From NCBI GenBank assembly GCA_965215015.1, contig OZ244042.1:10768-74767 (forward strand): a stretch of 64,000 nucleotides of DNA. The letters are read 5' to 3'. Both the position numbers and the translations under genes were made by a program. Below the pieces are notes generated by a model that worked only from the letters and a program-made list of their open reading frames with translations, did not search any database and was not told the DNA's origin. This DNA comes from Candidatus Poribacteria bacterium (lineage in GTDB: Bacteria > Poribacteria > WGA-4E > PCPOR2b). Shown one piece after another: positions 38,174-46,960 of the stretch. How positions within the stretch are numbered: position 1 is the stretch's first letter; every line of letters starts with the position of its first letter.

Positions 38174-39248
38174 GCCGAAAATTGAGTATATCGAGGACGG
38201 TTGCGGTTTTATCATCGACAAGCACGACCCCCAGATTGCCCCAACCGTGATTGTGGTAACTGACAAACCAAGCAAACCCTTGAAATAAGGCGTATCCGTG
38301 CACACCTGTGTGCGCTGTTAGGTGTGTACGGACACGTTCATCCCTATTAGCAATCCTCAACGCTTGTGTGGATGTTAATTGTGGAGCAGGACTGATAGAT
38401 GGACGGGATAAGTCCCTCAACATAGATTCTGCTTCGGTGGGCAAGGTTTTTGTCGGTTTGCCCTCAGCGAGTTCGCGTAACAGGGCTGCCCATTGACGAT
38501 ATGCGTTTCGGACTTTTTCATACTGCGTGACACAGTTCGCCTCTACCTTTGAGAGGTCATTTGCCGCACGACGGGAAATTACCTCTCGGCCCACGCCCTC
38601 TGCTGCGCCACCGACCGCATCGCGATTCAGAGCACTCCACCGGAAATAGGCGACTGTTATCTCGTTATATTGGTCAGCACACATCTCCGCAGCATCGGCT
38701 TCGAGATAAAGAACAGCGGCAAAATTCCCCCTCCTTTTGAAAATTTCCTGTTCCACTCTAAAAAAACTAGGGTAGATACCGTAATGATAAAATCGATTCG
38801 GATAGATCTGTGCCCACGTTGAAATAAACTGCGTAATTTTCTCGTGTTCCACCTCCAGTTCGGGCGAAGTCCCCTCTATTTCTGACCTTTTCCACTTTGC
38901 CTTCGCAGCCTTTAGATGGTATTCTCGCCGTTTCTTTATATTCGCTAATTCTCTACGACTCCGCTCCACCCGTACATCTTTTCCATGACGGAGATAGTAG
39001 CGAATTTGGATTTCCGTCATCGGAATAGAGATGATTTTCAGACAGTCCGCAGCTGCTTCGTGCCACAGGGCTGCCTTGGCAAAGTTTCCCTCCCGTTCAT
39101 ACCGCTGGATCATAGCCGTAGCGTTGGCGGTGCCTTCACGAACTGCATGGCACAGTTGAACATAGCAAATCAACGCCCAAAGAACGATGAGGGAGTAGAT
39201 TATCTTCATCTTGATAGATTCAATATTTTGGGCAGGCACAAGCCCCAT
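38160..39248 (-). CDS. Hypothetical secreted protein
   Basis: 362 aa; signal peptide MKIIYSLIVLWALICYVQLCHA after an internal Met; no recognisable motif. Confidence 0.6.
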   Translation of the reverse strand: MGLVPAQNIESIKMKIIYSLIVLWALICYVQLCHAVREGTANATAMIQRYEREGNFAKAALWHEAAADCLKIISIPMTEIQIRYYLRHGKDVRVERSRRELANIKKRREYHLKAAKAKWKRSEIEGTSPELEVEHEKITQFISTWAQIYPNRFYHYGIYPSFFRVEQEIFKRRGNFAAVLYLEADAAEMCADQYNEITVAYFRWSALNRDAVGGAAEGVGREVISRRAANDLSKVEANCVTQYEKVRNAYRQWAALLRELAEGKPTKTLPTEAESMLRDLSRPSISPAPQLTSTQALRIANRDERVRTHLTAHTGVHGYALFQGFAWFVSYHNHGWGNLGVVLVDDKTATVLDILNFRPTRN

Positions 39249-39483
39249 CCCTACATTTGGTTAATTGCTATAGGGGCAACCCTTGTAGTTATCCTGCCGT
39301 AGGTCAATTTTCCAAAATCGACAATGCCTAGACTCTAGCGCGAAAGTTCGGCTAATTGAGCCAAGATTGTAGTGGGGCAGGCCGGGTATTTTGTCGAGAT
39401 ATGAACCTCGACCGACCTGCTGTGCTAGTATTTTCCACGATTTGCGTTATATCACACCCATGTGTGATTGAAATGTCGAACTG

Positions 39484-40401
39484 TCATTTTCCGTATTTGA
39501 ACCGTGCAATCGCGCCCTGCTCTACTAATTCTGCGCGGGCGTAATGCGCGGGCATCTGAGGCGATTTCCATCGCCCGGCAACCTGCATATTCACAACAGA
39601 CGCCCCGGCTTGGGCAAGCGAGACAGCAGAACCGATACGAAGGGAGTGTCCAGAAATCTTGCCTTCCACACCCGCCGCGCGTGCCCTACGCTTGATAACC
39701 TTCCTTACACCATCAATCGTTAGCCTGCCCCCAGTTATGTTATCACCCCGACGAATCCACCGAAAGAGTGGACCATCAGTGATATCCCCCGATTCACAAT
39801 ACCGCTTTATCGCCTCCCGCGTGGGATCCCCAATATACAGCGTCACACCGAGGACGCCCGCCGTACCCGGGTGGGTCTTTGACTGATAAACCCTCAACGC
39901 ACTATCAACATCCTCTACATCTACCGCGACCGCTTCACTAATGCGTAACAGACAGTCACTCATCAGTCGAATCAGGGCCGAATCTCTCAGTCCAGCAACG
40001 GTTTCCTCCGCTTCGGCAAGCGCACAGATTCTCTCTACTTCATCCCACGTTATGCCATCCATCTGTCCTCGGCCTCTGCCTTTGCCTTTACGTCGAATGC
40101 CGGCGAGTGCCTTTTCCGTAATCTCAAAGGAGAGCTCCTTTGCCCCCACGCTGTGATTCTTCACCATCCATTTGACTGCAGCAACGATTTTACTGATGGT
40201 CGATGGCGACCTTCCGTTTTGATACAACTCTGTGATATAGTTTGCGAGTAGGTTATCGCTCAGGGAATGTCCATCCAACCAAATTTCCAACTGTTGCATC
40301 GCGAGACGATACGTCTCGACGGTGCTCGGTGCAACGCTCGCTTTGACTAATTCCTCCGTTTCGTCGCTGATAACGACCTGCTTCCAAGCTGATGCATTCA
40401 T
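39484..40401 (-). CDS. Tyrosine site-specific recombinase/integrase (XerC/D-like size)
   Basis: C-terminal catalytic signature ...GHSLRIGSAVSLAQAG...VAGRWKSPQMPAHYAR (R..H.LR...GRW.S...Y). Confidence 0.85.
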   Translation of the reverse strand: MNASAWKQVVISDETEELVKASVAPSTVETYRLAMQQLEIWLDGHSLSDNLLANYITELYQNGRSPSTISKIVAAVKWMVKNHSVGAKELSFEITEKALAGIRRKGKGRGRGQMDGITWDEVERICALAEAEETVAGLRDSALIRLMSDCLLRISEAVAVDVEDVDSALRVYQSKTHPGTAGVLGVTLYIGDPTREAIKRYCESGDITDGPLFRWIRRGDNITGGRLTIDGVRKVIKRRARAAGVEGKISGHSLRIGSAVSLAQAGASVVNMQVAGRWKSPQMPAHYARAELVEQGAIARFKYGK

Positions 40402-40448
40402 GATTATCCCTCCATGACTAAGTTCCTAATCTCTCTGATAGTTCTATA

Positions 40449-40735
40449 GAATCCTGATTCTGACAAGTTACACCTCAGCCTCCAAAATCATCGCCGCATT
40501 CTGTCTGAATCGGGATTTACTGGATTTTAGGATTCACAGGATTGACTCTATCCATTGCCATTGGCTATCCTGAAAATCATTCCATCTTGAGAATCCTGAT
40601 TCTGACAAGTTACACCTCAACCTCCAAAATCATCGCGACATTTGTCTGAATCGGGATTTACTGGATTTTAGGATTCACAGGATTGACTCTATCCATTGCC
40701 ATTGGCTATCCTGAAAATCCTTCCATCTTGAGAAT
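40449..40735 (+). repeat. Two tandem copies of a 142-bp unit with four GGATT iterons each, upstream of the integrase gene
   Basis: Units 40449-40590 and 40591-40732 are about 95% identical. Each contains cGGGATTtactGGATTttaGGATTcacaGGATTgact plus an inverted AATCC. The array is bracketed by the 8-bp direct repeat TTCTATAG (40442-40449 and 40741-40748). Confidence 0.85.
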
Positions 40736-41000
40736 AGCATTTCTATAGCGTCTTATCTGTTTCTGAAGCGAATCCTCTAACGGAATGCCAACGCATTCCC
40801 TAAAACTCATGCTTTGGAGATAACGATAAGAACCGCTTTTTGGTTGATCCACTATATTTATTGTGTATAAGTAGTTACTAGCTTTTAACAAAACACAAGC
40901 GAGCAAAGACATTGTTCAAATTTTAGGAAAACGCCAGATCATATAGGGAGAAGGTTATCACACCTTTATGTGGTTTAGGGCACGCGACTCGTGCCGGCTC

Positions 41001-41121
41001 CTTTATGAGCCCCCCTCAGTTAGTTTTCGGTCATGGGATCTGCTTATGCCAGTTGTCCAGGCCGTCTTTTATCCGTGTCCTCCGTCAATCGGTGCTTATC
41101 CGTGATTCAGACAATAATATA
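41001..41121. repeat. Two degenerate right-end remnants of the MITE-like element
   Basis: ctttatgagcccccctcagttagtt (41001-41025) and cttatccgtgattcagacaataatat (41096-41121). Confidence 0.4.
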
Positions 41122-41377
41122 GGAGAATTAAAGGACCCTATTTTTACCGCTTTTTCGCTTGATTGGTGTTATTAATCTTGATATAATATCCACAACCGAA
41201 CACTTTAGAATACATAGCAGCCAATATAAGAAGGCTGCTGTTAAGAAATTGTGCAACAGACCGTGAGCTTTCAAGAAAAAACTCGGGCTCTCTTCGCGCC
41301 ATGTACTCTCTTTAAGCCTTACGCAGCTGATACCAAGCAAAGGCCTCAGAAAAACTATCTATAAGGAGACACTCCCT

Positions 41378-44300
41378 ATGTTTAAGCATCATTTCATTTC
41401 CGATTCGATGGGAATTTGCAAACAACGGCAGCACCTCATCACACTTATTAGTCTATTGATGTGCATCGTAGGTTATCAAAATGTATACCCCCAACAACAG
41501 ATTGCCCAAGATGCCTACGCTATTTTTCAACAGAGCTGCCTCATCTGCCATGGACCCGACGGTGCCTATCGAGAGACACTCCTAATGGAACACAACTCAC
41601 TCATCGAAAACGGGACAGTGGTCCCCGGAAACCCCAATGCCTCCGAACTGTATAACCGGCTCCTGACGACTGAGATAGCCAAACGGATGCCCCTTGGACA
41701 ACCCCGGCTATCCACTCAAGCGATTGCCACCATCCGAAACTGGATATTCGCTGGCGCACCCGATTGGGCGGCAACCCCCGCAGCCGATAGACGCTTTATC
41801 TCTCCCGGTGAAATACTCAATACCATCGAGACTCACGTCATGTCGCTGGCACCGTTTGACCGTGCCTTTGCCCGGTACTTCACAATGACACACCTCTATA
41901 ACGCAGGTGAGACCACGCGAGCTCTTGACAGCTATCGTAACGGCCTCTCGAAACTGGTCAATAGCCTCTCATGGGGGAGTACCGTCACCAACCCCCAACC
42001 CATTGACCGACAAGGCACCATCCTCTACATTGACCTGCGACACTACGAGTGGGATCGCAATGATGGGTGGGGGCAGATAGAAGCGGCATATCCCTATCAC
42101 ATCGGGTTTGATGCACCGACACAGACCGCGCTACGGGCCCAACTGACCCGGTTACAGACGGCGATGAAGTCTGATATACCATCGGTTCATGTCGACTGGT
42201 TTATAGCACAAGCCTCTTTACCTCCACTCTACCATGATTTACTCTCTCTCCCCTTAACGGATAAAGAGTTAGAGACCCGATTAGAAGTCGATGTTGTCCG
42301 TAACCTGCAAAATGCACCGGGGGTGCGTGTCTGGCGGGCCGGCACCAACAATTCAGGTGTCTCCAATCACAACCGAGTGATAGAACGCCACACCTCTCGC
42401 TATGGTGCCTATTGGAAAAGTTACGACTTTGGGGGGAGTGTGGGTACACAGAACATCTTCACCCATCCCCTGTCATTCACCCATGATGGTGGTGAGGTTA
42501 TCTTCAACCTACCCAACGGGTTACAGGGATACTACCTTGCCAATGGGGCCGGTTTTCGCCTAAATGAGGCACCGATAAACATTGTTTCTAATCCCGCAGC
42601 GAGTGATCCGACGGTGCGGAATGGTTTATCCTGTTTCGGTTGCCACACAGAGGGTATGAAGCCATTTGAGGACCAAGTCCGTTCGGTGATAGCGAATAAT
42701 ACCGCTCCCACTTATGACAAAGCGCAGGCGTTGCGGCTCTACGTGGCAAAATCAGAGATGAACGCGCTTGTGGGTGAAGATATGAATAGGTACAGGGTTG
42801 CCCTTGAAGCGACGGGCGGGGCGTTTGATGACATTGAACCCATCTCCCGTTTCCACGAGGCATTTCAGGAGGAGGTAGACACAGCACACGCCGCAGCCGC
42901 GGTTGGGTTAGAGCCGGAGGCGTTCTTGGAAAAGATACGTGAGAATATAGGGCTACAGGATATCGGCTTGCTGGTGTTAGACAGTGAGGCTGGAAGTATG
43001 AAACGGGACACCTGGACATCGAGTTTTCGGGATATAGTTTTTGCGTTGGATTTCCCGGAGCGTTTCACCCCTCCCACGGCGATAACCCCGCCGGTAGTGA
43101 CACCGGGTACGGTTGTGTATATCCCGGACCCAAACCTGCGTGCGGCAATAGCGGAGGCACTGGACAAGAGCCCCAATGCTCCGATTACTGCCGAGGAGAT
43201 GGCAAAGTTGAGCAGGCTCGATGTGCCGCGCAGGGGCATCCGTGATTTGACAGGGCTGCAGTATGCAACCAATCTGACACGGTTAAATATTAACGACAAT
43301 CAGGTCTCCGACATCTCACCGCTAGCGGGCTTGATCGAACTGCGCGAGCTCCGGATTCACGACAACGACAACCTCTTGTCCGATATATCGCCTGTGAGAG
43401 GCTTAACCAATCTCACTTATCTTCAGTTTGACCGCTCTACAGTCTCTGATATATCTCCCGTGAGAGGCTTAACCAATCTTACTTACCTTGAGTTTGACAA
43501 CACTTTGGTATCCGATATATCTCCCGTGAGAGGCTTAACAAATCTCATTACCCTTAAGTTTGGTCACACTTCGGTATCCGATATATCTCCGGTGAGGAAC
43601 TTAACAAATCTCACTCGCCTTGAGTTTGAGCACACTTTGGTATCTAACCTATTGCCAATTGCGAGATTAATCAATCTGGAGCGGTTACATTTGGGAAGTG
43701 ATAATATCTCCGACCTGTCGCCGGTTTCAGGATTAATCAACCTCAAACACATTAGTGGTGGTTGGGGCAGCTCTATATCCGATTTATCGCCCTTGGCAGG
43801 CTTAACAAAACTGGAGCAGATACATATGCACGGCGGAAAGATATCAGATCTCACGCCTTTAGCAGGCCTAACCGGCTTGAAGGAACTGCATTTTCGGGAC
43901 AACGACATATCGAATCTCGCCCCCCTCGCAGGGTTAACACAGCTAACTCGTCTGCAGCTCGCGAACAACAATATATCGGATCTCTCCCCCCTTGCAGGGT
44001 TAACCAACTTGAAATGGCTAGTGATCCATGACAACGAGATTTCTGACATTTCTCCGCTGCAGGGACTCCGCGAGAATATAACGACGTTCGTTTGGCATGA
44101 CAACCCGGGATTCCCAAAAGTGGGACCGTCAATCGAGGGGCCGTGGTTATGGGTTGTATTACCGGAAACAAGACCGAGTAGCAGTAAGGATTTACTGTCA
44201 GAAGTGAGCGGGGGGGCGGTAACAGAGACGGAGATTGCTACCCATGGGGCAACCGTGGGAAGTTCTGTAGGTGATGATGTATGGACCTACCGCACACTCC

Positions 44301-45649
44301 CGCCTACGGGCTGGGCTAATGTTCGCCAAATGCTTGACGGCCACATCGATGGTGCCAGCCTCTACGGCACGGTGTCCTTGCATTCACCACGACAACAGGA
44401 CACAACACTATACGTTGGCAGTCATAACGATTTTAAGGTCTGGCTCAACGGGACTTTGATTTACGAGTCTCTCCGTTACCATGCGAGTTTCGGTTACACG
44501 GATTCTCTGCCGGTCACGCTGAAGCAGGGAAGAAATGTGCTATTGGTAGCCGTTAGAGCCCAGTATAATGCCTTTTTTGGGTTTGAACCCGGCACCGAAT
44601 ATACTGTGGCGAACCCCGGTGTCGGATACACTTTTTCCAAGACACCCATTCATATAGGCGATACCTTTACCCTTAATCTTCGCGCCGAAACGGTCTCCGA
44701 CTTGGCAGGCTGGCAGTTCGATATTGCCTTTGACCCGGCTGCCCTCGAAGCCATTGACGTCAGCGAAGGCAATTTCCTGAAGGCAGATGGGGGCTCCACC
44801 TTCTTTCAGGGTAGGAGCATCGATAACGCGACAGGTAAAATCTCAGGACTCAGTGCGGCGCGATTGGCTGCCCAAGGTGTAAATGGCACCGGCACCCTGC
44901 TGCAGGTCAGGTTCAGGGCGAAATCTGCCGGTGAAACAGAGTTGGTGCTGCAAAACTTTCAGTTTGGCTCCATCACCGGCGATACTATCCCTGCAGGACC
45001 GCGTCAAATTCGCATCGCTGTCGAGGGACGCCTGGCGACCGGGGACGTGAATCGAGATGGTGTGGTCAGCATTTTGGATCTCATTCTCGTCGCACAGCAG
45101 TTGGGGAAAAAGGTGGCCCCCAACTCACCGGTAGATGTCAACCGAGATGGTGTTGTCAGCATCCTTGACCTTATCGGCATCGCGCAGGGGATCGGGAACA
45201 CCACAGCACCTGCCGCCCCGGCACCCTCCTCACTGGAGGTAAATCCTGAGACCATAGCGGCATGGATTGCACAGGCACAGGTGGCAGATGACGGTTCCCT
45301 TGCCTTCAAACAGGGTATCGCAAATCTCCAAAACCTGTTAGCCGCGTTGATTCCTGAAGAGACTGCGTTGTTGGCAAACTATCCGAATCCGTTTAACCCG
45401 GAGACGTGGATACCGTATCAGTTGGCAACCCCTGCGGAAGTTACATTGACCATCTATGATAGGAACGGGGAGGTCGTTCGCCGGTTAGCCGTGGGACATC
45501 GAGGCGCGGGTATGTATCAGAGTCAAAACCGTGCGCTATATTGGGACGGACGGAATCAGCTGGGTGAACCTGTCGCCAGTGGCCTCTATTTTTACACACT
45601 GACAGCAGGCACATTCACGGGGACGCGGCGGATGTTGATACTCAAATAA
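41378..45649 (+). CDS. Giant secreted multidomain protein: dihaem cytochrome c region + leucine-rich repeats + cohesin-like + dockerin-like + T9SS C-terminal sorting domain
   Basis: CxxCH haem motifs at about nt 41536 (SCLICHG) and about nt 42633 (CFGCHTEG). About 15 22-aa LRRs (LTNLTYLxFDxTxVSDISPVRG). Cohesin-like WQFDIAFDPAALEAIDV. Two dockerin repeats DVNRDGVVSILDL. C-terminal NYPNPFNPETWIPYQL...WDGRNQLGEPVASGLYFYTL...RMLILK. Confidence 0.85.
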   Translation: MFKHHFISDSMGICKQRQHLITLISLLMCIVGYQNVYPQQQIAQDAYAIFQQSCLICHGPDGAYRETLLMEHNSLIENGTVVPGNPNASELYNRLLTTEIAKRMPLGQPRLSTQAIATIRNWIFAGAPDWAATPAADRRFISPGEILNTIETHVMSLAPFDRAFARYFTMTHLYNAGETTRALDSYRNGLSKLVNSLSWGSTVTNPQPIDRQGTILYIDLRHYEWDRNDGWGQIEAAYPYHIGFDAPTQTALRAQLTRLQTAMKSDIPSVHVDWFIAQASLPPLYHDLLSLPLTDKELETRLEVDVVRNLQNAPGVRVWRAGTNNSGVSNHNRVIERHTSRYGAYWKSYDFGGSVGTQNIFTHPLSFTHDGGEVIFNLPNGLQGYYLANGAGFRLNEAPINIVSNPAASDPTVRNGLSCFGCHTEGMKPFEDQVRSVIANNTAPTYDKAQALRLYVAKSEMNALVGEDMNRYRVALEATGGAFDDIEPISRFHEAFQEEVDTAHAAAAVGLEPEAFLEKIRENIGLQDIGLLVLDSEAGSMKRDTWTSSFRDIVFALDFPERFTPPTAITPPVVTPGTVVYIPDPNLRAAIAEALDKSPNAPITAEEMAKLSRLDVPRRGIRDLTGLQYATNLTRLNINDNQVSDISPLAGLIELRELRIHDNDNLLSDISPVRGLTNLTYLQFDRSTVSDISPVRGLTNLTYLEFDNTLVSDISPVRGLTNLITLKFGHTSVSDISPVRNLTNLTRLEFEHTLVSNLLPIARLINLERLHLGSDNISDLSPVSGLINLKHISGGWGSSISDLSPLAGLTKLEQIHMHGGKISDLTPLAGLTGLKELHFRDNDISNLAPLAGLTQLTRLQLANNNISDLSPLAGLTNLKWLVIHDNEISDISPLQGLRENITTFVWHDNPGFPKVGPSIEGPWLWVVLPETRPSSSKDLLSEVSGGAVTETEIATHGATVGSSVGDDVWTYRTLPPTGWANVRQMLDGHIDGASLYGTVSLHSPRQQDTTLYVGSHNDFKVWLNGTLIYESLRYHASFGYTDSLPVTLKQGRNVLLVAVRAQYNAFFGFEPGTEYTVANPGVGYTFSKTPIHIGDTFTLNLRAETVSDLAGWQFDIAFDPAALEAIDVSEGNFLKADGGSTFFQGRSIDNATGKISGLSAARLAAQGVNGTGTLLQVRFRAKSAGETELVLQNFQFGSITGDTIPAGPRQIRIAVEGRLATGDVNRDGVVSILDLILVAQQLGKKVAPNSPVDVNRDGVVSILDLIGIAQGIGNTTAPAAPAPSSLEVNPETIAAWIAQAQVADDGSLAFKQGIANLQNLLAALIPEETALLANYPNPFNPETWIPYQLATPAEVTLTIYDRNGEVVRRLAVGHRGAGMYQSQNRALYWDGRNQLGEPVASGLYFYTLTAGTFTGTRRMLILK
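43300..44060 (+). repeat. Intragenic ~66-bp tandem DNA repeats encoding the LRR units of the giant protein
   Basis: Consecutive units such as gatatatctcccgtgagaggcttaaccaatctcacttatcttcagtttgacc are repeated with high nucleotide identity. Confidence 0.8.
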
Positions 45650-45740
45650 ACCAGATGGGCTTGTTTCACTTTAGCCATACGGAAATTGCTGTGGAACTAT
45701 TGTATGTAGGTCGATTTGCCAAAATCGACAATCCCTATCG

Positions 45741-45890
45741 GGGATTCACGGTTTCATCGGAAGAAGAACCAAGAAACGAAACAGCAACCTTCCCTGACGA
45801 AAGGAAAGACGGGAAGCCAGTTCTCTCGCTTTCTTTTTTTCCGCTCCCCTTCCCCCTGCTTGCGGGGGGACTGAGGGGGGTCCGTCTTAT
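45741..45890 (+). ncRNA. Module Z repeat (candidate ~150-nt structured RNA ending in an intrinsic terminator), copy 1
   Basis: ggggattcacggtttcatcgg...gacgggaagccagttctc + T-run, then G-rich palindrome; repeated in tandem at 46004-46165. Confidence 0.45.
45811..45840 (+). terminator. Intrinsic terminator-like hairpin + U-tract (inside module Z copy 1)
   Basis: gggaagccagttctc + tcgctttcttttttt, 160 nt downstream of the giant gene's stop. Confidence 0.5.
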
Positions 45891-45899
45891 AGAATACCA

Positions 45900-46165
45900 G
45901 AACCCAATGAGTGGATAGGAGCTTTTCTCTGAATTTAACGCAAAATCGCCCCCCCGCAAGGAGGAGGGGGCACCAGTCCCGATGCTGTTGCCCTCTAAAG
46001 GGAATGCTTACCGCATCGGGGATTCACGGTTTCATCGGGAGAAGACCCAAGAAACGAAACCGGAACCTGCCCTGACGAAAGGAAAGACGGGAAGCCGGTT
46101 CCCTCGTTTTCTTTTTTTTCGTTCCCCTTCCCCCTGCTTGCGGGGGGACTGAGGGGGGTCCGTCT
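45900..46165 (+). ncRNA. Module Y (45900-46000) + module Z copy 2 (46004-46165) composite
   Basis: Y: caatgagtggataggagcttttctctgaatttaacgcaaa, also at 63838. Z: as copy 1, with terminator gggaagccggttccc + T8. Confidence 0.45.
46089..46120 (+). terminator. Intrinsic terminator-like hairpin + U-tract (inside module Z copy 2)
   Basis: gggaagccggttccc + tcgttttcttttttttcg. Confidence 0.5.
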
Positions 46166-46255
46166 TTATTTCTGTTGGTCGTCGTGCTATAATGAAAGTA
46201 TTGAAATTTGGTTTCTAAACCGATTTGATGCCCCAAACGCAGAAAGGGAATTAGA

Positions 46256-46663
46256 ATGGCTATCTTTTTACACACGCGCGTTAGAGTGAGCAATCTCGAT
46301 CAATCAATCAAATGGTATTGCGACCACTTAGGTTTTGTTGTAAAAAGTCGAAGCGATAAATCTCCAGCAGGCAACCAGATCGTCCATCTGGAACTTCCGG
46401 GTAACGTACCGACGCTGGAGTTGACCTATTCGCCCGACTATAAACTAAATGTTCCAGAAGATCTGATGCACTTTGCTATCAGTGTGCCGAATCTCGTTGA
46501 CTGTTGTGACACATTGGAGAAGGCGGGACTTGAAATTTGGCCCGATGGCTGGCGAGAACAGTTCACATCGGGAGGCATGAAGATGGCATTCATCACCGAT
46601 CCAGACGGTTACGAAGTTGAACTGCTGGAAGATATCGATGAGATTCTGGCAGAGTTGGAATAG
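46256..46663 (+). CDS. VOC/glyoxalase-family protein
   Basis: 135 aa; MAIFLHTRVRVSNLDQSIKWYCDHLGF is a typical glyoxalase/bleomycin-resistance fold N-terminus. Confidence 0.8.
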   Translation: MAIFLHTRVRVSNLDQSIKWYCDHLGFVVKSRSDKSPAGNQIVHLELPGNVPTLELTYSPDYKLNVPEDLMHFAISVPNLVDCCDTLEKAGLEIWPDGWREQFTSGGMKMAFITDPDGYEVELLEDIDEILAELE

Positions 46664-46768
46664 CTAAACGCACCCAAAAAGCTGGAATCTGTCCGCCCGA
46701 CCATTCCTATTGAACCTTTGGTGATAGTTGGTGAGGGTGTCGTTATCGTTCAAGAGTTCATTAGTACA

Positions 46769-46852
46769 TAGGAGTTACGCACCTGAGTTTGTGGTAACGC
46801 CATTCAACCCACGTCTTTAAGGGTTACGGTATACAGAGTATACCGTAACCCT
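46769..46852 (+). repeat. Module X intergenic repeat, copy 3, plus downstream hairpin
   Basis: ataggagttacgcacctgagtttgtggtaacgccattcaacccacgtctttaaggg, then ggttacggtatacAGAgtataccgtaacc. Confidence 0.75.
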
Positions 46853-46905
46853 CCTGCCCCCGCTGAGCCCCCTAACCCCCAACCCCCCGCAAGCGGGGGA
46901 AGGGG
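46853..46905 (-). repeat. G/C-rich hairpin repeat in reverse orientation
   Basis: ctgcccccgctgagccccctaacccccaaccccccgcaagcgggggaagggggg. Confidence 0.7.
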
Positions 46906-46960
46906 GGATAATGAACCAATGAGCAAATGGTTTTCCCGTTTCACCTGGTTATTGAGGCCT

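Noticed and set aside
39484-45649. Integron (intI - attI - cassette) interpretation of the divergent integrase and downstream gene
   Set aside because: The recombinase is XerC/D-sized without the IntI-specific insertion, the downstream 'cassette' is a 4.3-kb multidomain gene, and no attC-like imperfect palindromes follow it.
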